A stretch of 55,242 nucleotides of DNA from an uncultured Bdellovibrionales bacterium (lineage in GTDB: Bacteria; Patescibacteriota; Minisyncoccia; Moranbacterales; GWC2-37-73), in contig CAZSTB010000008.1 in the NCBI GenBank assembly GCA_964609855.1, positions 1 to 55,242 of the forward strand. Direction: 5' to 3'. Made by a program: the position numbers and the translations under genes. The notes under the pieces are model-generated. The model did no database searches, was not told where the DNA came from, and was given only the letters and a program-made list of their open reading frames with translations. Position 1 is the stretch's first letter. Every line of letters starts with the position of its first letter. This document shows positions 9,795-21,007 of the stretch, one piece after another.

Positions 9795-10970
9795 TTATTT
9801 TTCCAAATAAATTCTTGCTATTTTTTTTGCTGAAATATCCCAACTGAATTTTTCAACCTGTTTTTTATTAAACTGACCTTTCAGCTGCATCCGCTGAGGA
9901 TCAAGAATCAACATTATAATAGCTTGAGCTAAATCATTGGCTGCAATTTCTTTAGCATACTGCCCACCCTCTCCTAAATATTTGCGGTTATTTTCCCTAT
10001 CAAAACAGACGACCGGGAGCCCGGCAGCCATATATCCCAAAATTTTTCCACTCGCCTGCCCAGTTGTTGAATCTTTGGGGTCAACACCGATATCACTGGC
10101 AACTAAAAGTTTAGGTAAGTCAAAATAATTAAGTGGACTAATTATACGCACAAACTCTTCCAATTTATTTTCAGCTACAAATTCTTCCGCCTGCTGTGCA
10201 GGAAAACCAGCGAGAATAAAGAAAGTGTTAGCATTTTTTTTCAAAACAATTGGAATTGCCTCCAACAAATACTGAATACCCTTACTGCCCATTAGCGCTC
10301 CAGTATAAGTAATAATGGTTTTATCAAGAGGAAATTCAAATTCTTTTTTAAGCTGCTCTTTGTTTGCGAGATTTTCAAATTGGGAAAGATTTGCACCATC
10401 CAAAACAGTGTCGACTTTCCTATCTAAACGCAAGCGCAACATGTCTTTAGTGTTTTCGTCACTGCTGGAAATAGCGGCTTCACCTAGGTTATCGATAAAC
10501 TTTTCAATCCTAAAGAAAATATTTTTCAACAATCCCCCACCCAAATAGCTATGCGACACCATTTCCTTAGTTAAACTTCCCTGGAAATCCGCGATCAGCT
10601 TCATGCCTCGCCAGAAAAGAATTTTTTGCACAATCCAACCGATAGCCACACCCTCATGCAGATGAGCATGGATAATATCCGGTCGCTGTGTACGAGCCAA
10701 ATAAAAGACTTTCCTAATCAACATTAGGTCTAAAATTATTTTTTGCCAATCAGGTCCAGCTTCTAACTTTGTGTACCAAAAAAGCAGTCGGCGAATTCTC
10801 CTGACATCAATATTTGTTTTTATACTGGAATCAATTTCATTACCAATATGATAGGTGGCAATTATTAAATCATGACCCATTCTTTCAAGCGCCAATGATT
10901 CTTCCAATATTCGAATGTGTGCCCCGCGGTTAGCAAAAAATGGCGTTGGAGCTATAACTAATATTTTCAT
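9795..10970 (-). CDS. GT4 glycosyltransferase
   Basis: IIHAHLHEG; KILGYMAAGLPVV. Confidence 0.9.
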   Translation of the reverse strand: MKILVIAPTPFFANRGAHIRILEESLALERMGHDLIIATYHIGNEIDSSIKTNIDVRRIRRLLFWYTKLEAGPDWQKIILDLMLIRKVFYLARTQRPDIIHAHLHEGVAIGWIVQKILFWRGMKLIADFQGSLTKEMVSHSYLGGGLLKNIFFRIEKFIDNLGEAAISSSDENTKDMLRLRLDRKVDTVLDGANLSQFENLANKEQLKKEFEFPLDKTIITYTGALMGSKGIQYLLEAIPIVLKKNANTFFILAGFPAQQAEEFVAENKLEEFVRIISPLNYFDLPKLLVASDIGVDPKDSTTGQASGKILGYMAAGLPVVCFDRENNRKYLGEGGQYAKEIAANDLAQAIIMLILDPQRMQLKGQFNKKQVEKFSWDISAKKIARIYLEK

Positions 10971-11182
10971 ACTTTTAAATTATTTCGATATTTTAGGGCA
11001 GAACCCTAGACTCAGCTAACGCATAAAACCCGTTTCGATTCATAATAATACCATATTACCACAAAGGATATTATTGGGCCACAGTTGCCAAAAATTTAGC
11101 TAAATGCCATTCAACAAGGAAAAAAGCCTTTTTATTGGCTTTTTTCTCGATTGCAATCTTCACTCGCAAACAAGCAGACATA

Positions 11183-13624
11183 CTAATTCAATTCAACCAT
11201 GCCTCCAGCAGTCACTTCCCCGGAAATTATTTTACGCGCAACAATAGTCTCCACTTCATTTTCAATATAGCGATTCAGCGAACGTGCACCAAAAATTGGA
11301 TCGTAACCTTTTTGAATTATTTGATTTATCAAAACATCGTCAAAAGAAATCTCAATATTTTTTTCTTCAACTATTCTCCTTGCAAGTTTTTGCAGTTGCA
11401 GCCTAACAACACTTATGAGTTCAGGTCCATTAAGCGGTCTGAAAAATATTACTCCCTCAAAGCGATTAAGAAATTCTGTTCGAAAGACATTATTTTCAAT
11501 AACCCAATCAATCACAGATTGCTTTATTTGCTCAGCAGCCAGACCTTGCGCAACCTGATCCTTTATGAGCGCAGCTCCGGCATTGGAAGTTGCAATGATG
11601 ATAATATTACGAAAATTTATTTTCTCTCCAAAAGCATCTGTTACATATCCCTCATCAAGTATCTGCAAAAAAATGTCCAGCAACTCAGGATAAGCCTTTT
11701 CGATTTCATCCAACAAGAGCAGCGAGTAAGGATTGTCTTTTATTTGCGTCACGAGTCTTCCGGGTTGATTCAGCTGAGGAGAGCCAAGGAGTCTATCTAT
11801 TGAATTCGGCGTCTGGAACTCACTCATGTCCAACCTAATCATCTTAGCTTCATCGCCAAAATAGGTTTTTGCCAACGCTTTTGCCATTTCAGTCTTTCCC
11901 ACTCCAGTCGGACCTAGGAATAAAAAACTTCCAATTGGCTTCTTGCTATCACCAATCCCGGAGCGCGATCTGCGAAGTGCCTGCGCAACCTGATTAACCG
12001 CTTCTTCTTGTCCTATTATGCTCTTGTGCAGAGATTTTTCCAATTCCAGAAGCCTCTTACGCTCGCCGCCATCTATCTCGCCATGCGCTACACCGGTTTT
12101 CAATGATAAATAGTCGGCAATTGTTTTTTCAGTCACAAACTGCTCGTCAGAATTTTTTTCCCAAAACCCAAAAGCATCCATCATTAAATCAAGTGCTCTT
12201 TCAGGCAGGGGAAATTCCCAGTTATATCTTTCAGAATCTTTTATTATCGTTTTCAAAGCTCCAAATGTAAATAAGACACGCTTGAATTCATATTTCTTAA
12301 GTCGCTCGAGCATTATACTCAGGGCTTCTGCATTACTTGGCTCCCTGACTTCAATGACTTCAAAATATTTTGCGATCTGCTGCTGTTTTTCAATTAGATT
12401 GTGATAAGCTTTCGAGGTTGAAGATGCAATTATTTTAAAACTCGGAACTTCTAAAAATTCTAAAAGTACCGGCGAAATATCAGGATGAAAGGCACTTTCT
12501 GATTTACCAAGAAAATTATCCAGATTCTCTATCACCAAGATGATATTGCCAGCATAACTTGCCTCGTAAAATAACTTGCGTAGGAAATTTTCCACATCAT
12601 CTCCTTTATTAATTGCATCGGAAATCACTCGGCCCAAATCAAGAGAAAGTACGCGTATGGCATCAAAATCATTTTCTACCGAGCTTCGGACATTTCTGGC
12701 AAGTTCATGAATAAGTGTTTTCTTACCGATTCCAGGATTCCCAACAATGAGAGCGCAGTTTTGGTCAGGCCTTTCCAATACTAATTTCAGTATTGCATAT
12801 TCATTCTCCCTGCCTATTAATTGCGAATCTCCGTAAGCGCTGAAATCATGTTCGGAAAGATCCGTACAATATTTATCCAAATTAAAGGTGTATCCGTAGC
12901 GCCAATGCCTACCAATCGGCGTAATACTTAGAAGATTTTCCGCTCTCCAGAATTTATGTTTATTTTTACTATTACGCAAAAATTCAAACTCAAGTTGAAT
13001 AATGTTTTCGTATTCCGCCAGACTTAAATTACGTTTTTTTAAGAAATCAGCCAATAAATCTTCAGCGGCAAGTATCTCCATGGGAAATTTTTTTCTCACA
13101 ATTCCCATTCTGCCACACACCCGCTCAAAAAGAACTGACTTAAAAAACTCAACATAATTTTGCCTATCAAAACTGTCTTTATCTGAGAAATAGCTTGCCA
13201 AGACTAAAACCAAATAGCCGCCAATTATGCCAATTACAATATAAACATTTAAAATTCCATTTGATGCATACAACAATAAGATGCCAAGCGCTAACGGGGC
13301 ACTTATCCAAAAAATTGCAAAAATTAAACCAAAAAATAATACAAGCAGATAAACGGATAATCCGAATGTAATCATTATTAAGCGAATTACAGCACCAATC
13401 AGACGGGAAAAAGCGTTACTAGCAACCAACTCGATGCGCCTGAGAGGGTGAAATCCGCTCCAGTTACCAGACACGACGTCCTTTCTCCAAGGAGAAAATA
13501 GCGTAATAAGCATTTCGGAAATAGAAAAGTAATGCAAACTGAAATTTAGAAAATTTTTCCAAATCTCCAAAAGCTCGGGCAAACCCTCATTATAATACCA
13601 AGAGAAAAAGTTTGGTTTTTTCAT
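11183..13624 (-). CDS. Membrane-anchored ClpA/B-like AAA+ ATPase (likely start 13624)
   Basis: N-terminal TM segments; second AAA module GPTGVGKT, LLLLDEIEK, GARSLNR. Confidence 0.85.
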   Translation of the reverse strand: MKKPNFFSWYYNEGLPELLEIWKNFLNFSLHYFSISEMLITLFSPWRKDVVSGNWSGFHPLRRIELVASNAFSRLIGAVIRLIMITFGLSVYLLVLFFGLIFAIFWISAPLALGILLLYASNGILNVYIVIGIIGGYLVLVLASYFSDKDSFDRQNYVEFFKSVLFERVCGRMGIVRKKFPMEILAAEDLLADFLKKRNLSLAEYENIIQLEFEFLRNSKNKHKFWRAENLLSITPIGRHWRYGYTFNLDKYCTDLSEHDFSAYGDSQLIGRENEYAILKLVLERPDQNCALIVGNPGIGKKTLIHELARNVRSSVENDFDAIRVLSLDLGRVISDAINKGDDVENFLRKLFYEASYAGNIILVIENLDNFLGKSESAFHPDISPVLLEFLEVPSFKIIASSTSKAYHNLIEKQQQIAKYFEVIEVREPSNAEALSIMLERLKKYEFKRVLFTFGALKTIIKDSERYNWEFPLPERALDLMMDAFGFWEKNSDEQFVTEKTIADYLSLKTGVAHGEIDGGERKRLLELEKSLHKSIIGQEEAVNQVAQALRRSRSGIGDSKKPIGSFLFLGPTGVGKTEMAKALAKTYFGDEAKMIRLDMSEFQTPNSIDRLLGSPQLNQPGRLVTQIKDNPYSLLLLDEIEKAYPELLDIFLQILDEGYVTDAFGEKINFRNIIIIATSNAGAALIKDQVAQGLAAEQIKQSVIDWVIENNVFRTEFLNRFEGVIFFRPLNGPELISVVRLQLQKLARRIVEEKNIEISFDDVLINQIIQKGYDPIFGARSLNRYIENEVETIVARKIISGEVTAGGMVELN

Positions 13625-13789
13625 TTTTATTTTTTTATCTAAATAGCCGACGAAAAGTATATTTACAATTAACAAAGTTTCAATGCTTCACTTACGGATG
13701 ATTCATTAAAGAGAATTAGCTTTTATTATTTGATTTTACATCATCAAAAATTGCTTTGCAAATATATAAAAAATAAGTATAATTAATGT

Positions 13790-15589
13790 ATGGAAGATGG
13801 AAAATTAAAACAAGCTGATTATCAAATTTTTTTGTACAAGACGCTCTTCTGGCTAGCACTGGCCTGGGGCGGTTTTATTTTATCATTGGCTGGTTTTTTT
13901 TACGCATCCATAATCTGGACTGGCGTGATTTTGTTCGCAATTTTTTTGAATTCACAAGCCATAAAACATCGTGTCTCATTTAAGCTCTCTAAGGAGATGT
14001 GGATTGCCAGTCTTACGGTCCTGGCAATCGTAATGATATTTTCAAACTTCTCCACCCCCACCGTGTTTTCAGGAAGAGATCAGGGCGCTATCAGTTCTGC
14101 CGCGATAAGGCTTTCTCAAAATCATCAATTCTCTTTTTCTACGCCGGCATCTTCAGAATTCTTCAAACTACATGAACCCGGCCGCGCACAGAATTTCCCC
14201 GGCTTCTATTATACCTCGGAAGGAAACTTAACCTCACAATTTCCGCTTGTTTACATTACTTGGCTTGCACTTTTTTATGCAATTGCCGGGGTAAATGGAT
14301 TTGTAATTGCAAATGCTCTACTGCTTTACATATTCCTAATGTCTTTCTATCTTACTGCACGGCTATTTTTAAAAACATCTTCCGCCTTACCAATGATGAG
14401 TATGGCTGCCACTTCGTTTATTTTCATGTGGTTTTCAAAATACACGCTTTCTGAAAATATAGCTCTTCCACTTCTCTGGCTTTCCATACTTTCGCTTTTA
14501 CTTTTTTTGAAAAGTCAGCGCAAACTGCATTTTTGCATTTTCTTATTTTCGACTCTCCTGCTTTGCTTTGCACGAATCGAGGGTTATGCTCTTTTGATAA
14601 CCAGTTCGATAATTGTTGCAGCCAATAAAGATTCCAGGGATCACATTAAAAGCAACTTATTTTCATATTTCATCCTGCCTGCAATCTTTTTCATTATCGT
14701 TTTCATTTTTAATTTTCTAAATGACATCAGCTTTTATCGAGAACTAGCCAAGGCAATGCTACCCTCTATCTCTGCGCCGAAAGCGGCTTATTTAGGTAAT
14801 CTCAAAAATACCGCACTGCCGAACTTGTATATGACCAAGATATTTCTAAATTATGGGATGCTGAGTTTCTTTGTCGTAGGAGCAATTGCCATAATCAAAA
14901 AATTCTGGTGCAAAGATTTTTATGAACTTGTACCTTTCTTTGTTGTTTCTCCAACTTTTATTTATTTGATTGATTCAAATATTTCTTCCGATCAACCATG
15001 GATGCTTAGGAGATTTATGTTTTCACTGCTTCCAGTTGCTATCTTTTATTCTGGACTTTTACTAGGCCAATTAGCAGAGAAGAATTCCGACAAGATTAAG
15101 GACTTAACTATTAAATTCACGGCATGGGCAGCGATAACGATCATGCTCGCGATGAATCTACCTGGTTTCATAAAGTATCTTTCATTTTCTGAAAATAAAA
15201 ATCTTCTTTCCCAAGTTGAAACATTAAGCTCAAAATTTTCTCCCAATGATTTAATACTCATCGACAGAGAAGTGACCGGCGATGGTTGGACTATGATCAG
15301 TGAACCAATGAGCACTATTTACGGGAAAAATGCTGTTTACTTTTTTAATATCCAAGATTTGAATAAATTGGATTTATCACTATTTGAAAATGTTTACCTT
15401 ATTTCTCCAAATCATAAAGTTTCCCATTATCAATCCAGCACAATCCAAGAGCGCCTCAGTGAAGTCGATGAATACACTTTCAACTTTCCTAAACTAGACA
15501 GCCAGCAAGACAACCAAATCAAAAAAACCGACCTGCCAGAAAAAATTCAATACACCATTAGCGGAAAAATATTTAAAATATCCAAATAG
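13790..15589 (+). CDS. Polytopic membrane protein, GT-C/ArnT-like glycosyltransferase
   Basis: Many TM helices; GRDQG loop; SENIAL; RIEG. Confidence 0.65.
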   Translation: MEDGKLKQADYQIFLYKTLFWLALAWGGFILSLAGFFYASIIWTGVILFAIFLNSQAIKHRVSFKLSKEMWIASLTVLAIVMIFSNFSTPTVFSGRDQGAISSAAIRLSQNHQFSFSTPASSEFFKLHEPGRAQNFPGFYYTSEGNLTSQFPLVYITWLALFYAIAGVNGFVIANALLLYIFLMSFYLTARLFLKTSSALPMMSMAATSFIFMWFSKYTLSENIALPLLWLSILSLLLFLKSQRKLHFCIFLFSTLLLCFARIEGYALLITSSIIVAANKDSRDHIKSNLFSYFILPAIFFIIVFIFNFLNDISFYRELAKAMLPSISAPKAAYLGNLKNTALPNLYMTKIFLNYGMLSFFVVGAIAIIKKFWCKDFYELVPFFVVSPTFIYLIDSNISSDQPWMLRRFMFSLLPVAIFYSGLLLGQLAEKNSDKIKDLTIKFTAWAAITIMLAMNLPGFIKYLSFSENKNLLSQVETLSSKFSPNDLILIDREVTGDGWTMISEPMSTIYGKNAVYFFNIQDLNKLDLSLFENVYLISPNHKVSHYQSSTIQERLSEVDEYTFNFPKLDSQQDNQIKKTDLPEKIQYTISGKIFKISK

Positions 15590-15621
15590 AAAACATAAAT
15601 CATTCGATCTGCAACAACTAT

Positions 15622-16956
15622 ATGAAAATTTTTGATCTGACTAAGGAAATATCACTGGATTCGCGACTACAAAAGAAATACAATAAATCCCGAGCTGCGC
15701 TGTATTTATTTTTTCTTGCGGCCTGTTTTTTCGCTGCGGATAAACTCTTGTTTCCCTCAGTAACATTGGATTTTTCATTCAATTCTCTGCAGTCACTGAA
15801 AAATACCATCGTATCGCCCAGAATCGGCACAACACTCCCAGCTAAGGGCGTGGTCAATGAAAATGAAATCTTAACCTTTGATACCAATCCAATTGGAAAT
15901 TTTTCCGATGCGACCGTCTCATTCACGGACGCTTCAGCCAAGATTCTTCAAGATACGGAAATAAGCATTCGAAAATCCTATCAAGCTTTTTTCTATCCAA
16001 CCGGCAAAGCCGCGGCGTTTAAGAATGGAACTCTGCTTACACATGGAGCTAACTACTATTTAGTTTCTCGTGGAGAGATTCGTAAGTTTTCCAAGATAGA
16101 AACTATCCTTGAACTCGGATATCCCAAAAATGCATTCATGGAAGTTTCACTAACTGACCTTGGCTATAATACGATGTCAGCAGAAATTACTGACAGCAAA
16201 GAATACCCAGATGACACCTTATTTTTTGTCGCCGGTGATTATTATCAAGTAAAAAATCGGCAGTTGGTTCCATTCATAAGTGCGAACGCTTTCCTTTCTC
16301 AGTTCGATGAAATTCAGGCAATCATAAAAAATTCCGAGTTTCTGTCAGAGTTTTCAATTTCAGAAAATTTTATCGGTTATGCAGACGGTACACTTGCTTC
16401 CGCCGATCAGGCAGTCTACGTTTTGAGCGAAGGCAAAAGCTATCCCTTTGAGAGCGCTGAAACTTTTATTGCGATGGGTTATGATTGGAATGAAGTAAAA
16501 ACAATTGACCCGGAGGAATTCAGCCTATACGAAAAACAAAAGCAGTTCACCCACAATCAACCGCATCCAAACGGAACGCTCTTCTTAGATCAAGACACTC
16601 AGCAGCACTTTATAATAAAAAACGGACAAAAATTGCCGATTCAAAGTGAGGCGGTGCTAAAAAACCTCTTAAGACAAAAACCTATTTCGGCTAGCAGTAA
16701 AAATAGCGAGGTTTCAACGGCATGCAAACTTGAAAAAAAATTCTGGTCTAAGAGTCTCTATGAATGTACTCTAAATTTAGCATCTATGAACAAGTTCGTT
16801 GGCAATGACTACCAAATTGATGCCAAATTTCCTAGCACAGTTAAAATTCGCGATATCCACACAACATTTTCTACTCCATTCACTTTACGAAATTTTTGGT
16901 CTTCTCTTTCCAGAATAAAACAAAGTCTTTTGAATAATTACTCCCAAAATCAATAA
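15622..16956 (+). CDS. Membrane-anchored surface protein with short repeats
   Basis: Repeated NGTL/DGTL...YY-V...G.....F....F...GY.W units. Confidence 0.7.
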   Translation: MKIFDLTKEISLDSRLQKKYNKSRAALYLFFLAACFFAADKLLFPSVTLDFSFNSLQSLKNTIVSPRIGTTLPAKGVVNENEILTFDTNPIGNFSDATVSFTDASAKILQDTEISIRKSYQAFFYPTGKAAAFKNGTLLTHGANYYLVSRGEIRKFSKIETILELGYPKNAFMEVSLTDLGYNTMSAEITDSKEYPDDTLFFVAGDYYQVKNRQLVPFISANAFLSQFDEIQAIIKNSEFLSEFSISENFIGYADGTLASADQAVYVLSEGKSYPFESAETFIAMGYDWNEVKTIDPEEFSLYEKQKQFTHNQPHPNGTLFLDQDTQQHFIIKNGQKLPIQSEAVLKNLLRQKPISASSKNSEVSTACKLEKKFWSKSLYECTLNLASMNKFVGNDYQIDAKFPSTVKIRDIHTTFSTPFTLRNFWSSLSRIKQSLLNNYSQNQ

Positions 16957-16957
16957 A

Positions 16958-17419
16958 ATGAAGAAATTTTTAAAAAAAACCAGAAAAAACGGTATAACTA
17001 AATTCGTTGGGATTGCCAGAAAAATTGTTTCCTTTTTTGCAAACCGCGACAATCAACTTATTGCGTATAAATTATCTTATGACGCATTAGTGCTCGCGGT
17101 AGCTTCTTTCGCGCTGGTACTTATCTTTGAGAGTTTGATTCCGGGCTTTATCTCTACTCGCATCAGCATGGCTAAATTCGTTTTCGCCATCCTGGCAATA
17201 CTAGGGTTAATTCTCTTACTCGCCAAAATATTGAAAATTAAATATGTGGCCAATCCCATCAAGGAACATAAATTTCTTCCGATTTTCATCATGGGTACAT
17301 TTCTGCTTATCGGAAATTCCCTGCTAAAATTCGCGCTCTGGGAAAATCTCATCATAACTCTTGTTTCAATTTATATTTTTTTTCTTTTGTACGAAATTAT
17401 TTTTTCCACCGAAAAATAA
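16958..17419 (+). CDS. Four-TM membrane protein
   Basis: Hydrophobic ORF translationally coupled to the previous gene. Confidence 0.75.
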   Translation: MKKFLKKTRKNGITKFVGIARKIVSFFANRDNQLIAYKLSYDALVLAVASFALVLIFESLIPGFISTRISMAKFVFAILAILGLILLLAKILKIKYVANPIKEHKFLPIFIMGTFLLIGNSLLKFALWENLIITLVSIYIFFLLYEIIFSTEK

Positions 17420-17533
17420 AAGGTATTATACCCCAAGGGCAGAGCCCTGGACACCTTGGACTCACGCAGCCCGTCTCGCCCGAGGCTTTGCCGAGGTGGA
17501 CAGAGCTGCGAGGTACCGCTTCGTTCGACAATA
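17416..17533 (-). repeat. MITE family A, copy 3 (internally deleted)
   Basis: Shares CCCGTCTCGCCC...GCCGAGGTGGACA with copies 1 and 6; both ends present. Confidence 0.85.
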
Positions 17534-17604
17534 AATTTTCGCTGCTTTCATTTTAAAATAAAAAAAAGTTGGAGACGCAGCGCGTGCGATCTCCAACTAA
17601 ACTA

Positions 17605-17910
17605 CTAACAAGTACCAGAACCTGGCATGCCCGGTAAGCAACTGAGAGTTATCGGGATGAATCTTTCATTGTAATGACCGTAAGCTGTCCTTCTGCGATT
17701 AAGAAGGTCTTCCATTACCATGCACCACGTTCTCTCCTTGGAAAACAACGAGCATTCGAAAATAAAACAATCCTGTCCGTTCTTCTCAAGAACAACGTGT
17801 ACCTCGCCATTTTTAAGCACTGGTGTCGTCACCAACCTGTACTCCTTTGAAGGGAAACCGATGAATTCGCAAAGCTTGTGAACCATCTCATCTGCATTCG
17901 CATTTTTCAT
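17605..17910 (-). CDS. Hypothetical protein (start 17910)
   Basis: AAGGAGG SD before MKNANAD. Confidence 0.7.
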   Translation of the reverse strand: MKNANADEMVHKLCEFIGFPSKEYRLVTTPVLKNGEVHVVLEKNGQDCFIFECSLFSKERTWCMVMEDLLNRRRTAYGHYNERFIPITLSCLPGMPGSGTC

Positions 17911-17974
17911 GCCAACACCCTCCTTTAAAAGAATTGGATTCAGTAAATTCAATTCCTAACTCACTTAACTTATA

Positions 17975-19093
17975 CTATGAATTCAGTAATCTGTCCAGCG
18001 TTAGTTTTGCGGTCTTTTCCCATGAAAATTGCCTGACTCGCTCTTTTCCTAGCAGGCTAAGTTTTTCCCGCAAAACATCGTCACGAAGAACTAACAATAT
18101 ACACCTCACTAAATCTTGGCAATCATGAGTTTCAAAGTATAATGCCGCATCCCCTCCAACCTCAGGCAAGCTGGAATTATTAGCTAAAATAGTTGGCGCA
18201 CCCGAAGCCAGAGCTTCTAGTACAGGAATTCCGAATCCCTCATACATCGAGGGAAAAACAAATGCCGCAGCGTCCCTATAGAGAACTGGGAGCTGCTTAA
18301 AGGGCACCGTACCGCTTACGATTATATCTTCACTAAAAGGACTCTCAGCTATCCTTTTTAGCGTATTCTCACTCATCCATGCAGGAGCGCCTGCCAACAT
18401 AAGTTTGAAATCCTGATTGTCGGGTTTTATTTTTTCAAATGCTTCTATTAAAATCTCCAGATTTTTTCTTGGCTGGATCGCTCCTACGTATAGCAAATAT
18501 TTTTTTCGTTCCAGATGATAGCTGTCCAATATCGTTTTGCGGTATTCATCTGCCGGAGGAATAGTAAAAAGATTTTCGTCGTAGCCGTGAGGAACAACGG
18601 TAATTTTTTCTGCTTCAAAATGAGGATAAAAGTTTAAAATATCTTTTTTTGTAGCCGCAGAAACTGCAATCAAGCTATCCGCAGCACTAATAGCAAGGTC
18701 ACTTAAGCGGTTGAGTTTTTTTAAATCTTTTGCTGGAAAATATTCAGGCAAAATTTTAAATGCCAAATCATGTATCGTAACCACGACTTTGGTTTTCTTA
18801 CTCCGCAAAATTGGGACGTTATGCACAGGCATCCAGAGCACGTCAGGTTTAGTTAAAAAAGTTGCCAGCGCAAAACTTGTCTGGGTCCAAAAGATTGGAG
18901 CAGGAATAGCTTTTATTTTGTAGTTTTCAAAGGTTGGAGGTGTGAGCTGCGGATTGAATTCCCCCTGATGATATATTGAAAATTCAGCTTGCGTGTTTAG
19001 CTTGCCGAAATTTTTAAGCATGTTTAAAAGATAAACCCTTGTTCCGTCAATACGATTTTGATCTAAGTCAGCTGCATGAATTGCAATGCGCAT
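17975..19093 (-). CDS. GT4 glycosyltransferase
   Basis: VTIHDL; PRKN; [10 protein letters not shown]. Confidence 0.92.
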   Translation of the reverse strand: MRIAIHAADLDQNRIDGTRVYLLNMLKNFGKLNTQAEFSIYHQGEFNPQLTPPTFENYKIKAIPAPIFWTQTSFALATFLTKPDVLWMPVHNVPILRSKKTKVVVTIHDLAFKILPEYFPAKDLKKLNRLSDLAISAADSLIAVSAATKKDILNFYPHFEAEKITVVPHGYDENLFTIPPADEYRKTILDSYHLERKKYLLYVGAIQPRKNLEILIEAFEKIKPDNQDFKLMLAGAPAWMSENTLKRIAESPFSEDIIVSGTVPFKQLPVLYRDAAAFVFPSMYEGFGIPVLEALASGAPTILANNSSLPEVGGDAALYFETHDCQDLVRCILLVLRDDVLREKLSLLGKERVRQFSWEKTAKLTLDRLLNS

Positions 19094-19328
19094 ATTTTTT
19101 TAATCTTAAAAGGATATTTTTCTTATAATGTGTGGGGGTGGAATAATTTAATTTTGCCGACTACTGAAAGTTATTATTTGCAGTATAACATTTTAACATG
19201 CAAATTTACAGCGAAAGAAAAAGCATGCAGCTTTCGTAGTAAGCTAAGCATCGAAAACGATGCGATTAAAACGTCTCACCAGAGTCAGTTTTTTATTTTC
19301 ATGAAGCTCATTTAAAAAGGAGGAGAAA

Positions 19329-19598
19329 TTGAAGAGAAAAGTTTTACTTGTTTGGTGCGCAATATCAATTGCATTTTGCACGGAAAACGTATGGGCATCA
19401 TTTACCAGTCCTGAGCAGTCAGTAAGCGAAGCTGCAATCAATGAATTGTTTGCGGAAAATGACCAGGATGATTATGATGAACAGGATGAATATTTCGAAA
19501 AGCAACAAATACGCTCATGGAGAGATTCCCTGAAACTTATCGAAAGCTTTCAGTGGAGTGATGATTTTTGCGATTGCGAAGAAAACAGCAAGCAATGA
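19329..19598 (+). CDS. Small secreted acidic hypothetical protein
   Basis: AAGGAGG SD, TTG start, signal peptide, downstream terminator. Confidence 0.65.
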   Translation: MKRKVLLVWCAISIAFCTENVWASFTSPEQSVSEAAINELFAENDQDDYDEQDEYFEKQQIRSWRDSLKLIESFQWSDDFCDCEENSKQ

Positions 19599-19681
19599 TT
19601 TCAACGAAATCAGGAACAAAAAAAATGGCAACATATCGTTGCCATTTTTCGTTACCCCAAAAACTCGTATTCATTGGAAAG

Positions 19682-20419
19682 CTATTTTTTTATACCGAGA
19701 CTACTTAAGAGTTTTTCTAATTCATCGCCGACTATTTTTCGCTGCTGGCCGACTGGAAGTTTTTCTAATTTAACATTCATAATGCGAATTCGTTTCAAAT
19801 CCACTACCTCCCAACCAAGTGCTGTACACATGCGCCTAATCTGATGCTTCTTACCCTCTGTTAGCACAATATGAAAAGTCGTATCATTAGTTTTCTCAAC
19901 GATGCATTCTCTTGTTTTGAAATCTTCCAACTGCACACCTTGCCGCATCACCTTGAGAAAAATATTCGTTATCGGCTTATTGACTGTCACTACATATTCT
20001 TTTTCGTGTTCACGCTCGGGATTAAGCAGTTTGTCAGTAATTCTTCCGTCATTTGAAAGTATGATCAACCCGCGAGAATTTTTATCCAAACGCCCAATTG
20101 GAAACACATCGCTAGCGGTATAAGTCACTTCGGCAATGCTTCGCTGTCCGTCTTTCGGAGAATGCGTAACGATTCCGCGAGGCTTATGATAGGCAAAATA
20201 AACATACTGCTTGGCAACTCCTTGCGCTTTAGCATTCACCGTCACTTCGTCATTCTCATTGACCTTATCGCCTATTTTCGCCTTTTTTCCATTGATTTTA
20301 ACCACACCTTTAAGCACGAGGGCATCTGCCTCTCTACGTGATGCATAGTCATTTATGGCCAGAAAGCGGTTAATGCGCATTGGCCAGGTTATTTCGTTTG
20401 ATTGAGGCTTTTTTTCCAT
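19682..20419 (-). CDS. rRNA pseudouridine synthase, RluF/RluB/RsuA family (likely start 20419)
   Basis: S4 domain (SRREAD); catalytic IGRLDKNSRGL; EGKKHQIRRM. Confidence 0.92.
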   Translation of the reverse strand: MEKKPQSNEITWPMRINRFLAINDYASRREADALVLKGVVKINGKKAKIGDKVNENDEVTVNAKAQGVAKQYVYFAYHKPRGIVTHSPKDGQRSIAEVTYTASDVFPIGRLDKNSRGLIILSNDGRITDKLLNPEREHEKEYVVTVNKPITNIFLKVMRQGVQLEDFKTRECIVEKTNDTTFHIVLTEGKKHQIRRMCTALGWEVVDLKRIRIMNVKLEKLPVGQQRKIVGDELEKLLSSLGIKK

Positions 20420-20552
20420 GTAATTTAGCTTACTGATAACCGATATTAAAGTATAGCACGAATTCAAGTTTTTTGCAAGCCCTGCCCGTCCGGATAAAAA
20501 AATATTTTCCAGCTGGGAAAATATTTTTAGAAGTCTTAAATGGAGAATTTTA

Positions 20553-20978
20553 CTATTCCGGCAAAGCGCAACCTGTTTTCTTACTTAGTGTTTCATGTGG
20601 GAGATTCCCGCTTTGTCTGGATCCGTCAGCAAAAATCCAGGTAGGATATCCATCAATGTTTTTATCTTTACAAACCTGCAGTTGTCCTTTCCCGTCGGGA
20701 GTTGAACATTCCACGTACGGCAGAAATTTTTGTGCCTTTCCGAAACTTTCTTTTTGAGCATTGCAATGAGTGCACCAAAATGTTCCGTAAAATATTGCAC
20801 CGCTGTCTTTTAAGCACTGCGCAAAAGCTTGCTGTTTATCTTGCGCCTCATCAGCTTTCCTATCGGGCACAAAAAAAGAAGCTATCAATATTATCAAAAA
20901 AATTCCCATCAGAGCCCAAACCAAGAAAGGCTTACCTTTTTTACTTTTAATATTTTTATCGTTTTTCATAGTGCTCAA
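20553..20978 (-). CDS. Membrane-anchored thioredoxin-like protein
   Basis: FYGTFWCTHC; GYPTWIF. Confidence 0.85.
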   Translation of the reverse strand: MSTMKNDKNIKSKKGKPFLVWALMGIFLIILIASFFVPDRKADEAQDKQQAFAQCLKDSGAIFYGTFWCTHCNAQKESFGKAQKFLPYVECSTPDGKGQLQVCKDKNIDGYPTWIFADGSRQSGNLPHETLSKKTGCALPE

Positions 20979-21007
20979 TAAAAGATTATTTACTATATAT
21001 ACTACAA

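Noticed and set aside
11135-11803. 222-aa plus-strand ORF
   Set aside because: Antisense shadow of the Clp-like ATPase.
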